This document shows positions 20,102 through 29,840 of a stretch of DNA of 64,000 nucleotides, in pieces. Under the pieces are notes generated by a model. The model worked only from the letters and a program-made list of their open reading frames with translations, was not told where the DNA came from and ran no database searches. The first letter of the stretch is position 1, and every line of letters begins with the position of its first letter. The stretch comes from an uncultured Gemmatimonadales bacterium (GTDB lineage Bacteria > Gemmatimonadota > Gemmatimonadetes > Gemmatimonadales > GWC2-71-9). Location: assembly GCA_963842945.1 (NCBI GenBank), contig CAWJIM010000021.1, positions 64,001 through 128,000 of the forward strand, read 5' to 3'. Made by a program: the position numbers and the translations under genes.

Positions 20102-22156
20102 GATTCCGCGCCCGTCTTCCTCAGATGGCGGCGGTATGCTTCCGGTGACTCGAGGAAGTGGCACTCGGTGCATTGCTTCGCCGCGTAGTGATCGACCTGC
20201 GGGAATGGCAGGTCAAACAGAACGAGCGAGTGGGGATCAGCTCGGCGACGGTCTCTGGCGCATGGCACTGGTCGCAGCCCGAGTGCGCTTCGACCGGCCT
20301 GGCATGGGCCGCGTTGATCTCGCGCGGTTCTGATGGCAGGCGGCGCAGTCGCGGTCCGCGGCGTGGTGATCGTCGTGACAGGCGATGCAGGCTGCGGCCT
20401 TCGGGATCGGCACGAGGCTCACCGGCGCCGTGTGGCACTGCACGCACTGGACTTCGCGTGTGCTCCGAGTGCTCGAACTCAACCGGTCGCGATCGCGTCG
20501 GGTGGTGCTTGGGACACCCCGACCACGACGGTGACCGGCCGGGCGGAGGAAAGCTCGTCACCGTGTGGCACGTCGCGCAGTCGCTCCGGGCGGGGCGCTG
20601 ATGATGGCAGATCTGGCAGCCGCGCGGCGGCTCGAAAGGTCAGGTCGCTGCGCCGAGAGGTGGTGCTGTGGCAGGTGATGCAGGCGAGTCGGCGATGGCG
20701 TTCATGGGAGAAGGTGTCGGGGGGGAAGGAGGCGGCTGCGCTCGCTCCCCGGTGGTCCCCTGGTGGTGCGTCTCCCTGCCCTCGCGATCGGCCCGGCTCG
20801 ACTAACCGGTTCGATTGCTGGAGCGCCTTGGTGGTATCGAAGGGAAGCGGCGGTCGCATCCGCCCGCCGCCCTTTCTCACCTCGGTGTGGCATCCGGTGC
20901 AGTCGCTCGCATCCACCCGGGCTGCATGGGGCTGGTGGCAAGTCTCGCAGCGCTGGGCCACCTTCCGGTGCGCCGCGCCCACATGGAAGGGAACGCTGCG
21001 CCAGGTTGCGTGACAGTTGGCATCGGTGCAGGACTTCAGCGCGTCCTTCGGCTTCACATCGGTATGCGGGTTGTGACACATCCCGCAGCTCCCGCCGTGC
21101 GGGTCCTTGACGGGATCGAAGGTCGCCAGCAGCGCTCGCATCTCATGGCACCCGAAGCACTGTCGCTCGCGTGGCTGCAGGGTCTTGGTCGCGGAGTCCA
21201 GCGACACGAGCTGGGCCTCGGCCGTGAACTGGTGGCAGGAGTTGCAGTAGAGCTGCTCCTCATTGGGCAGCGGCTGGCTGGGCGGCCATGGAAGCGCGCC
21301 GCCATCCGGCCCAGCCGAATCTTGACGTCGTCGGTCAGATGGCAGCCCTTCTGGGCGCAGGTGGTGTCAGCCGGCTGGAAGCGGTGGGCGGTGCGGGCGT
21401 GACAGGTTAGACACTGAACATCTTTGAGGGGAGCTGAATCGGATTCGAGGTGGATGCGATGGCCGGCGGTCGAGGCTATCCGCTGCCAGGTCTTCTTGGC
21501 CTCGCCCTGGACGTGGCACTGTTCGCAGATGGTTCGCGGTACCTTGGCGTGAGGCGGGATCTTGTCCGGCCGCGCCATGATCCAGTAGTACAGCTCCTTG
21601 GTCTGGGCCTTGAGATCGAACGGATGACAGGCATGACAGGAGAGGCTGTCGTGCGTCCCCTCCAGCTGGTTGACCAGGAGGTAGGTGCCGGTATCCGGCC
21701 GGACGAAGATCTGGCCGCTGGGCACGAAGATGTGGCAGCCCGCGACAGAAATCGTTGTCGTGCATGACGTAGTCATGGGCCTTGAGCCCTCCGGCGAGCG
21801 ACCAGAAGCAGGACCGCGCCAACCGCCGAACCGAGCGCCAGCTTGACCCCGCGGTCGCGGGTGATCAGCCAGTGGCCAATTGGCTTTCCCTGCGCTCCAG
21901 ATAGCAGGAGGACCGCGAGCGCGACGCAGCGCGCCGAGCACGATCCCGCTGATCATCACCCAGCTGGGGCGCTGGAAGATCCATTGGACGATCGGGATGA
22001 GGGGATCGGGCAGCGGTGAGCGCACCACCACCGAATCGACAAACCGGCCGGAGAGTGAATCCTGGATCCGCCGAGATGGTGTCGGAGACCGGAGGGTGGG
22101 CCTGAATACGCAAGAGCCCCCGACCACACCGCTTTGACCAGGTGGACGGGGGCCAT
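20098..22156 (-). CDS. Membrane-anchored NapC/NirT-like multiheme cytochrome with long C-terminal heme chain, ~20 hemes (frameshifted)
   Basis: Two hydrophobic segments, then DYVMHDNDFCRGCH; 18 CxxCH plus 2 CX4CH (CAQKGCH, CTDANCH) across frames; ends QCTECHFLESPEAYRRHLRKTGAES*. Confidence 0.85.
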
Positions 22157-22170
22157 GAGTGCTGGAAGTG

Positions 22171-23805
22171 CTAGCGGACCGAGATAGGCCGGCCCGGCGC
22201 GGGCCGGATGAGCGGCCGTCCGTTTCTGGCCTCGACCTTCTTCATAATATCCTGGACCGCCACACTGGCCTGTGGGAGGCCGGGATACGTAGCGCGGAGC
22301 TCATCGATGTTTGCGGTCAGCAGTGCCCGCGCCAGGAATGGGTTGTGCACGCCGGATGAGCCGTCCACGCCGCCACCCAGCTCGCGCGGGCCGGGCCGGA
22401 GCATCCGCACGTTGAACAGGGCACCCTCCGCCGGCGTGATGTGGTTGTCTGTGGTCGCGTATTCGGTCGGCGGGACGTTGGTGAAGTCCGACAGGTAGCC
22501 TCCATCGGTCGGCGCCGCCTCAACCGTATCGTTGCCGTTCTTGTCGTCCCAGATCTGCTTGGTCAGCTGATCCAGGAGCTGGCCCGAGGAGGCGAAGGCG
22601 GCAGCGGCGGTAGAGGCATCGCCGTGGCAGCCGGAATTGGTGCAGGCTCCCCAGGTCCGCGCCTGGGTATCGTACGCGCAGGTTCTGTCGGTGGTTGGCG
22701 CGCCCTGCCCATCCAGGCATGGGATAGGCAGAAACAGATGGCCCACCGAGTGAACGACCTGGTTCCCCGTGTTTGGGTCGGTCACATCGTATCCGTTCAC
22801 ATGACAGCCGGCACACAGCCTCGGGTTGCGCTCCGACCCGTGGGTACTGGCCACCGCCTGCACGTCGGGATCGAACCCGGCCGGGTGATAGCCGGCATCA
22901 CCCAGGAGCATCGGTCCCTGCGGAGAGTGCGGCCCGCGCGCTGAAGCCTCATCCGGCTCCGCCCGGCGCTGGTGGCACTTCATGCACAGGTTCTGATTGA
23001 CGTCCGGCACGTCGATCGGATACCGAAGCTGGCCAGCTACGGGTAGGCCGTCCGTGCCGGTGGTGAAACCATGCGGGTCATGGCACACGGCGCAGGTAAT
23101 TCCCAGATAATTTTCGGTGCCGGGCAAACCCTTCTCCGCATAGTCGGCGGTTACACCCCAGGCCGCCAACACATCGCGTCCTTCGTGACAGGAGCCGCAG
23201 GTGGGAGATGCATCCTTGACGAAGGTGCCGTCCTCCTCCTGCAACGAGACTGCGTGGGCCGAGAGCTTCCATTCATCGACGAAGGGATGATGGAACCCAC
23301 TGTGGCAATCGGCGCAGCTCTGCGCCATGGTGGTCGAGTCACCCAGCACCGCCACATGGGCCAGGGGCGGATTTCCCGCGCCCGCAGGAGCATCCGGATT
23401 CTGGGCGTGGGTATTGCCGGGACCGTGACAGCTCTCGCATTGGACGTCGTGGTACGCCGTATCCTTCACCACGTCCCACCCGGCCGGCCCGGCTGCCGCA
23501 TTGCCCTTGTCGCTGACGGTGTGACACGACTCGCAGAACGACTGGGACGCACCGGAGTTGAGCAAAGTGGCGTACGCGTTGGCGTGAGCCGTGTTGACCC
23601 AGCCCGCCTGGTGGCTGGTGTGGCAGTTACCGCAGGTGGTGTTCTTATCGCTGCTGGTGAAGTAGCCGAGGAAACCGGAGTTTGCGTCCGGGGGAGGATT
23701 GATGGGCTCGCGGTAGACGATCTTCTCGTCGGTACAGCCAGAGAACAGCATTACCGCCAGAGCAGCAATGCTCGCGACCTGCCAGCCGGCAAATCTCTTG
23801 GCCAT
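22171..23805 (-). CDS. Multiheme c-type cytochrome lipoprotein (8 CxxCH + 1 CX4CH)
   Basis: LFSGC lipobox; CGNCH CESCH CESCH CADCH CGSCH CAVCH CMKCH CAGCH CTNSGCH; C-terminal DGSSGVHNP helical region. Confidence 0.93.
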   Translation of the reverse strand: MAKRFAGWQVASIAALAVMLFSGCTDEKIVYREPINPPPDANSGFLGYFTSSDKNTTCGNCHTSHQAGWVNTAHANAYATLLNSGASQSFCESCHTVSDKGNAAAGPAGWDVVKDTAYHDVQCESCHGPGNTHAQNPDAPAGAGNPPLAHVAVLGDSTTMAQSCADCHSGFHHPFVDEWKLSAHAVSLQEEDGTFVKDASPTCGSCHEGRDVLAAWGVTADYAEKGLPGTENYLGITCAVCHDPHGFTTGTDGLPVAGQLRYPIDVPDVNQNLCMKCHQRRAEPDEASARGPHSPQGPMLLGDAGYHPAGFDPDVQAVASTHGSERNPRLCAGCHVNGYDVTDPNTGNQVVHSVGHLFLPIPCLDGQGAPTTDRTCAYDTQARTWGACTNSGCHGDASTAAAAFASSGQLLDQLTKQIWDDKNGNDTVEAAPTDGGYLSDFTNVPPTEYATTDNHITPAEGALFNVRMLRPGPRELGGGVDGSSGVHNPFLARALLTANIDELRATYPGLPQASVAVQDIMKKVEARNGRPLIRPAPGRPISVR

Positions 23806-23901
23806 AGGCCTACCTTGAAAACCGTCTTTATGGACGATCCTGCTCCTATTTTGGGTACTCCGTAGAATTACGCAAGTGGTACTTGGGGTAAGACTCTCCG
23901 C

Positions 23902-23916
23902 TTCATGAAATCTTCA
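23902..23916. promoter_or_regulatory. TTCA-N7-TTCA site upstream of the cytochrome operon
   Basis: CTCTCCGC-TTCATGAAATCTTCA, preceded by the same TCTCCGC heptamer that forms the spacer at 7940 and 24065. Confidence 0.5.
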
Positions 23917-24064
23917 TAATTCTCGTGTCCTGGCTCCGCCCGGCTATGCGAAGGGAACCATCTCACCTGCCCAGTCCCGTAGTGCCTGCGGATTCCCGCT
24001 CAGCGCTGAATTCCCCAGACCAGTTACCCAGAATTTTCTAGTCTGAGCATAGTTGCATTGCGCC

Positions 24065-24079
24065 TTCATCTCCGCTTCA
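24065..24079 (+). promoter_or_regulatory. TTCA-N7-TTCA operator upstream of the YceI gene
   Basis: TTCATCTCCGCTTCA, identical to 7940-7954. Confidence 0.6.
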
Positions 24080-24122
24080 TGAACGTGGCTCCAAGTTTCA
24101 GGTAAACACGCTGGAGGGAGCC

Positions 24123-24755
24123 ATGCGAATTGCTCGGATGACAGTGGTCACGATGGGCCTGGCGGCGCTCATGCAGGTTGGGGCTCGAGCGGCAGAGGCG
24201 CAAACCGCTGCGGAAGCGTCCAGCGGGTATGCCAGGCAGACCAAATGGGTGGTGGACATGGTCCACTCCCAGGTCGACTTTGGAGTCCGCCATCTGGTAG
24301 GGCGCGTCCGCGGCACTTTTAACAAGTGGTATGCCATCCTCACCACCAAAGACGGTGACTGGAAGCTGGGGAAGGTGGACGTCCAGATCGAGACAGCCAG
24401 CCTGAACACCGGTAACAATTATCGCGACACAGACCTCCGTTCCGATCGTTTCTTTGCCGTGACTCACTACCCCAAGATGACGTTCCAGGGGGAGGGGTTC
24501 ATGGCGACCGACAGCACCCTCGACGTGATCGGCGCGCTGACCATCAAGGGGCACACGAAACCGGTGGTGCTGTCGGGGAAGTATCGAGGCATTGCCCGGG
24601 ACCAAGAAGGGCGCGAGCGGATCGCCTTTGAGGCGACGACCAATGTGGATCGCCGTGATTTCGGCATGAATTGGAACGAGAGCGTCGCCGGTACCGAGCT
24701 GATCGGAAATGATGTGGAGATCACGATCGGCATCGAGGCGGTGCGGGTCGACTGA
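24123..24755 (+). CDS. YceI family lipid/isoprenoid-binding protein
   Basis: Signal peptide; WVVDMVHSQVDFGVRH, SLNTGNNYRDTDLRS..FF, GALTIKGHTKPV, RRDFGMNW. Confidence 0.93.
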   Translation: MRIARMTVVTMGLAALMQVGARAAEAQTAAEASSGYARQTKWVVDMVHSQVDFGVRHLVGRVRGTFNKWYAILTTKDGDWKLGKVDVQIETASLNTGNNYRDTDLRSDRFFAVTHYPKMTFQGEGFMATDSTLDVIGALTIKGHTKPVVLSGKYRGIARDQEGRERIAFEATTNVDRRDFGMNWNESVAGTELIGNDVEITIGIEAVRVD

Positions 24756-24762
24756 GACTGGA

Positions 24763-24794
24763 GCACGGAGCACGACGGGCCTTGTGCTCCGTGC
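24763..24794. terminator. Hairpin after the YceI gene
   Basis: GCACGGAGCACGA-CGGGCC-TTGTGCTCCGTGC. Confidence 0.55.
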
Positions 24795-24938
24795 GCTTGC
24801 GGCCATATGGTAGGGTTATGTCACTCCGCTATCGCCTTGGATTCACCCCCATGCTGGGCCGGGCGGCTCCAGGCCGGTGGAATCTGTACTTCATGCAGAC
24901 CGACGGCCCAGCCTGATAGTTTGCGGTGGCTTCTTCCG

Positions 24939-25727
24939 ATGACTAGTGGCGCTGCCTCCCTCTGCCAGTCTTGCGGCACCCCACTCGTTGGCAAGTTCTG
25001 CTCCAATTGTGGAGCCTCTCGCGAAGCCTCGACCTGCACTCACTGCGGTGTCCCGATTCCCACCAGCGCGCGGTTTTGCCCCGCCTGTGGGGCGCCGGTG
25101 GGTGGGAGGGCGGCTGCAGCCCGGGACCGTACCCCATGGGTCATCGCCGGAGGAGCAGTGGCTGCCCTGATGGCAGCGCTCCTCATCATGCTCGCCCGCG
25201 GGTCGCCGAACGTCTCCGCTCAGCCCGAGGTAGCCGCCGTTCAGCCTTCGGCCGCCGAGGAGTCGCCGCCGGACATCAGCCGCATGAGTCCGCGGGAGCG
25301 GTTCAATCGCCTCTACAATCGCGTGATGCAGGCAGCCCAGGCGGGGGATGAGGCTACCGTTACCCAGTTCACTCCGATGGCGTTGATGGCGTATGCCCAG
25401 TTGGACACCGTCGACGCCGACGCCCGCTATCATGCCGCTCTCCTCCAGGTTCACACCGGCGACGTCACCGCCTCCCGGGCTCTAGGCGACAGCATCCTGG
25501 CCCAGACGCCGGGGCACCTCTTCGGCTACATGATTCAGGGGACGGTGGCTCGGTTTCAGAAGGACCAGAAGGCGCTCTCCCGAGCGTATGCGGCATTCTT
25601 GAAGCGTTATGACGGGGAGATCAAGCTCGCGCGGCCGGAGTACAGCGAGCACCAGACCTCCCTGCAGGATTTCCGCAAGGCAGCGCTGGAGGGAACCGGG
25701 ACGGCTACTCCACCCACTCGGCAATGA
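24939..25727 (+). CDS. Double zinc-ribbon membrane protein with helical periplasmic domain
   Basis: CQSCG..FCSNCG and CTHCG..FCPACG, one TM, TPR-like helices. Confidence 0.75.
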   Translation: MTSGAASLCQSCGTPLVGKFCSNCGASREASTCTHCGVPIPTSARFCPACGAPVGGRAAAARDRTPWVIAGGAVAALMAALLIMLARGSPNVSAQPEVAAVQPSAAEESPPDISRMSPRERFNRLYNRVMQAAQAGDEATVTQFTPMALMAYAQLDTVDADARYHAALLQVHTGDVTASRALGDSILAQTPGHLFGYMIQGTVARFQKDQKALSRAYAAFLKRYDGEIKLARPEYSEHQTSLQDFRKAALEGTGTATPPTRQ

Positions 25728-26769
25728 AGATGTTCGTCTCCCCCGGCTGCTTCGCCCGGCGGTTGGAGGCGAAAACCAGGCTCTTCCCATCCGGACTGAA
25801 CATGGGAAAGCTGTCGAACTCCGGGCTCGTCGTCACCCTCTCCAGCCCGCTGCCGTCCACCCCGACGAGATAAAGATCGAAGTTCCGGCTTCTCGGATCA
25901 GGATAGTTCGACGCGAACACGATACGGAGTCCATCTGGGTGAAAGAACGGCGCGAAGCTGGCGGCACCCAGATGGGTCACCTGACGAGCGTTGCTGCCGT
26001 CGGCACCGGCTACCCAAAGCTCCAGCCGGGTGGGCCGCACCAGCCGCTGGCCGAGGAGGTGCCGATAGTCGGCGGAGTCGGCCGCCGTTTCGGGATACAT
26101 CGTCCGCCACACCAGCCGGGCTCCGTCCGGTGAGAAGAAGGCGCCTCCATCGTAGCCGACCCGGCGGGTAACCCGGCGGATATCGGTGCCGTCCACTTTC
26201 ATGGTGTACAGCTCGATGTCGCCCTCCCGCGTACTGGTGAACACTATGCGGCTTCCGTCGGGCGAAACGGTGGCCTCGGCGTCGTAGGCATCGTTGTGGG
26301 TAAGCCGCTGGATGTCGTTTCCGTCGGCTCGAGCGGTGTAGAGCTCGAAATTGTGCAGTGGCCAGACGTAGCCCTGCGACCGATCCACCGGAGGGGGACA
26401 CTCCGGTGAGCTCTCGAAAGTGGAGCTGTAGAGAATGCGGCGTCCGTCCTGATAGAAGTAGCCGCAGGTGGTGCGGCCCCTCCCGTTCGACACCCGGTGC
26501 AGTCCGCTGCCGTCCACATTCATCACGTACTGCTGGTCACAGCCGTGGTTCAGCTGCTCCTGCCGCTGGAAAATCAGTTGCCGGCCATCGGGCGAGAAGT
26601 ACGCCTCGGCGTTGTTGCCGCCGAAGGTGAGCTGCCGAACATTGCGGAAATGGCGCTCGCCCGGAGCCGAGGCCGAAGGCGCTCGAGAGCAGCCAGCGGC
26701 GGAAATTGCCAGCGCTGCGGCCACCGGCAGCAAAAAGCGCGAGGGACTACAGCCGGTAAAGCCTGGCAT
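25705..26769 (-). CDS. TolB-like PD40 beta-propeller lipoprotein
   Basis: AAGC lipobox; repeated (F/V)SPDG..LVF units (EAYFSPDG, EATVSPDG, GAFFSPDG, PMFSPDG). Confidence 0.88.
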   Translation of the reverse strand: MPGFTGCSPSRFLLPVAAALAISAAGCSRAPSASAPGERHFRNVRQLTFGGNNAEAYFSPDGRQLIFQRQEQLNHGCDQQYVMNVDGSGLHRVSNGRGRTTCGYFYQDGRRILYSSTFESSPECPPPVDRSQGYVWPLHNFELYTARADGNDIQRLTHNDAYDAEATVSPDGSRIVFTSTREGDIELYTMKVDGTDIRRVTRRVGYDGGAFFSPDGARLVWRTMYPETAADSADYRHLLGQRLVRPTRLELWVAGADGSNARQVTHLGAASFAPFFHPDGLRIVFASNYPDPRSRNFDLYLVGVDGSGLERVTTSPEFDSFPMFSPDGKSLVFASNRRAKQPGETNIFIAEWVE

Positions 26770-28252
26770 ACTTGTTCCGCAAAGCGTCAATCAGGGGCCG
26801 GTGGTTGGGAGGAGACCCGGTGACGAGCTCTATCAATCTCGCCGAGGGATAGCGACTTCCCTCCCGATAGACCTTGCGTCTCAGCCAGCCGGACAGCTCA
26901 GCGAACTCCCCCCGGGCAAACTGGCTCTCCAGATCGCCCAGCTCGGATTCGGCCTGGGCGAACAGCTGCGCCGCAAACACATCGCCCAGGGTGTAGGTTG
27001 GGAAGTACCCGATGAGGCCATCGGCCCAATGGCCGTCTTGCAGGCAGCCCTCCCGGTCATTGGCCGGCATGACCCCGAGATACCTGCGGTAAGCGGCATT
27101 CCAGGCTTCGGGCACATCGGCAGACTTGAGATCTCCCAACATGAGCGCGCGCTCCAGCTCGAAGCGTATGAGAATGTGAAGGTTGTAGGTGACCTCGTCG
27201 GCGTTGACTCTGATCAGCGTCGGTTTCACCTGGTTGACCGCGAGAACAAAGCGATCCAGACCGTACCCGCGCAGAGCATCGGGAAACAGCTCTCGGCATC
27301 GAGGATAGAAGTAGCGCCAGAACCCGGGACTCCGTCCCACCCGATTTTCCCAGAGTCGGGCCTGGGCCTCGTCCATTGCGACGGAAGCCGACTCACCCAT
27401 CGGGGTTCCATAGTAGCTGGGGTCCAACCCCTGCTCGTATAGCCCGTGACCGACCTCGTGCAGAATGGTGAGCACTCCAGCCACGAAATCGGCCTCGTCA
27501 AACCGCAAGACCAGCCGGCAATCTCCCGGGCCGATGGCGCTGCAGGAGGGGTGGATTCCCAGGTCGAACCGACCCCGGAGGCGGTCGAAACCAGCGGCGA
27601 CCGCCACCGTTTCACCGAAGCTCCGTTGCTGGTCCACCGGGAAAGGGCCCCGAGGAACTGGCGGGAGAACTGGACGCTCGGCAATCTGCCCTGCGAGCTC
27701 AACCAGACTCTGCCGCAGTGCCTCGAAGAGCCGTCCCACGATCCGGCTGTCGATGCCGGGCTCGTGGTCTTCGATGAGCGCATCGTAAGGCTCACCCGAG
27801 TAGCCAACGCACTCCGCCTCGTCCCGCTTCAGGGCGATGATCTTGTCGAGCCAGGGACGAAAGTCCCTGAATTGTGAGGCCGCCCGGGCCTGGGCCCAGG
27901 CGGTCTGGGCCAGAGCGGTGGTGCGGGCCACCTCCTCCACCAGGCGGCGGGGGAGTCGAACATAGCGGTCATACTCCCGCCGCAGTTCCCGGACGTTCAC
28001 TGAAACGGGAGACCTGGGATCGGCGACGAGGTCCGACCTTTCCAACTCCGCCAGCAGCTCGCCGATCTTGGGATCGGTCCCCCGCTCATGCAGCAGTCCG
28101 GCCAGGAGCGCCAGTTGATCACTTCGGTTCTCCACCCCGCCCGGCGGCATGTAGGTCTCCTCGTCCCACTCGAGCAGCGCCTCGCAAGAGGTGAGGAGAG
28201 TCTCCTCCCGCACTCTTTGGATCAGCTCGTCGTAGGCGGTTTCGGCGCGCAT
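26747..28252 (-). CDS. Carboxypeptidase M32 (Taq-like)
   Basis: LLEWDEETYMP, PYDALI, HEVGHGLYEQG (HEXXH), IRVNADEVTYNLH, GCLQDGHW, YFPTYTLG. Confidence 0.93.
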   Translation of the reverse strand: MRAETAYDELIQRVREETLLTSCEALLEWDEETYMPPGGVENRSDQLALLAGLLHERGTDPKIGELLAELERSDLVADPRSPVSVNVRELRREYDRYVRLPRRLVEEVARTTALAQTAWAQARAASQFRDFRPWLDKIIALKRDEAECVGYSGEPYDALIEDHEPGIDSRIVGRLFEALRQSLVELAGQIAERPVLPPVPRGPFPVDQQRSFGETVAVAAGFDRLRGRFDLGIHPSCSAIGPGDCRLVLRFDEADFVAGVLTILHEVGHGLYEQGLDPSYYGTPMGESASVAMDEAQARLWENRVGRSPGFWRYFYPRCRELFPDALRGYGLDRFVLAVNQVKPTLIRVNADEVTYNLHILIRFELERALMLGDLKSADVPEAWNAAYRRYLGVMPANDREGCLQDGHWADGLIGYFPTYTLGDVFAAQLFAQAESELGDLESQFARGEFAELSGWLRRKVYREGSRYPSARLIELVTGSPPNHRPLIDALRNKYARLYRL

Positions 28253-28346
28253 AGGCGGTCCAGGATCGAACGGGTCGGCGTTGCGGCACTGCGAGGAGGA
28301 CGTAACATACACGGGCAAGCCTTACCACCCGAACCGCTGAAGCGAG

Positions 28347-29837
28347 ATGCTTACTCCCGCTGAGGAGTTGGGACTGAGTGGGCTGGCCCTGGCCAGCCGA
28401 GTTCAACACGCCCTCTATCGCCTGGGCGAGGACCGGCTCATCCGGCTGGTGGAAGACCTGCGCGAGGAGGCAGTGGCTCGCCATATGGTCTATTTCCACG
28501 ACGGCGAGATCGAGCCGATCCGGGTGCTTCCCCTGCCGCTCACGGTCCTGCCCGACCAGCTAGCCTACATCCACCATGTCACTCTCACCGTGCAGAATGC
28601 CCTCAAGCGCCTCCCTCGGCTCTATCTGGACGACCCAGACGTGCGGCAGATTCTTCGGTTGCCCGACCCGGAGGAGCGCTGGCTGGTCGAGTGCTGGGGC
28701 ACCAGCCAGGAGGAGCACAACTCGGTTTTCGGACGCATGGACGCCCTGATCGATTTCACCAGCCCCATGTGGAAGAACTCATTCCGTCTGGTGGAGCCCA
28801 ACCTGAGCGGGATCGGCGGGCTCCACATGGTCCCCCACAGCGAGCGGCTGGTGTCGGAGCTGGTGGTGCCCGCGCTCCGGCGGGAGGACCCCGAGCTGGA
28901 CCTCGAGTGCGGACATGACATCCGGGAGCTCCTCTTCCAGGAAATTCTGGATCATATGGAGGCCATCGACTCGGGCCCACAGCTCTGCCTGATCGAAGCC
29001 AAGTACTCCGGCGACGGCCCCGACGAGCAGGAGCAGCTGTGCCGCTACTTCCACGACCGGCACGGGCTGCACGTGATGCATGCGGATCCGGCCGAGCTGG
29101 AGCTGCAGCAGGGTGAGGTCCGCTACTGTGGTACCCGGGTAGATCTCGGATATCGCGACTACAGTGTGACCGATCTCCTGGAGCTGGAGGAGGAGGGCGT
29201 CAGCGTCGAGCCGATGAAGCAGCTGCTGCGCCAGAACCGACTGATCTCATCCATCGCCGCCGAGCTGGACCAGAAGAGCTGCTGGGAAGTGCTGACCGAC
29301 CCGCTGATCGCCCAGAAGTACTTCAGTCCGGACGAACGGCTGGTTTTTCAGCGACATGTTCTCTGGACCCGGCTAATCTCCGACCGGCGGACGGTGCTCC
29401 CCGAAGGGCATCTGGGCGAGTTGCTGGAATACGTCGCCCGGCACCAGGATGACCTGGTGCTCAAGCCCAATCGCTCCTACGGCGGCGAAGGGGTGATGCT
29501 GGGCTGCGCGGTGTCTGATTCACAATGGCGCGACACCATCGAAGCGGCGCTGGCCGATCCCGGGAGCTGGGTGGCGCAGCAGCTGGCGACCATTCCGGTG
29601 CGGGAGTTCCCGGTGCTGCGTCCGGACGGAACGCTGAGCGTCGAGCCGTTCTACACGGTCATGGGTTTCGCGGCGACCGAACACGGAGTGTCGATTCTGG
29701 CCCGCGCGTCGCAGAAGCAGGTGGTCAACGTGGCCCAGCGGGGCGGGCTTGCTGCCGTGCTGGTGAGTCGCACGGCGCCGGTGATCGCAGCCCCGGCCAC
29801 TGCTCTTGATCTTCACCTCAGTTGGGGGAAGCTTTAG
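28347..29837 (+). CDS. Circularly permuted ATP-grasp (glutathionylspermidine synthase-like) ligase
   Basis: RMDALID, LVEPNLSGIGG, LVLKPNRSYGGEGVMLG, WVAQQ, VVNVAQRGG. Confidence 0.8.
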   Translation: MLTPAEELGLSGLALASRVQHALYRLGEDRLIRLVEDLREEAVARHMVYFHDGEIEPIRVLPLPLTVLPDQLAYIHHVTLTVQNALKRLPRLYLDDPDVRQILRLPDPEERWLVECWGTSQEEHNSVFGRMDALIDFTSPMWKNSFRLVEPNLSGIGGLHMVPHSERLVSELVVPALRREDPELDLECGHDIRELLFQEILDHMEAIDSGPQLCLIEAKYSGDGPDEQEQLCRYFHDRHGLHVMHADPAELELQQGEVRYCGTRVDLGYRDYSVTDLLELEEEGVSVEPMKQLLRQNRLISSIAAELDQKSCWEVLTDPLIAQKYFSPDERLVFQRHVLWTRLISDRRTVLPEGHLGELLEYVARHQDDLVLKPNRSYGGEGVMLGCAVSDSQWRDTIEAALADPGSWVAQQLATIPVREFPVLRPDGTLSVEPFYTVMGFAATEHGVSILARASQKQVVNVAQRGGLAAVLVSRTAPVIAAPATALDLHLSWGKL

Positions 29838-29840
29838 ATC

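Noticed and set aside
17147..22156. Programmed frameshifting or phase variation in the cytochrome genes
   Set aside because: Too many shifts, no consistent slippery or homopolymer sites, and unrelated neighbouring genes are equally affected
17147..23805. Naming the cluster mtrCAB or nrfAH
   Set aside because: Heme counts and spacing differ from decaheme MtrA/MtrC, the barrel is shorter than typical MtrB, and there is no CxxCK
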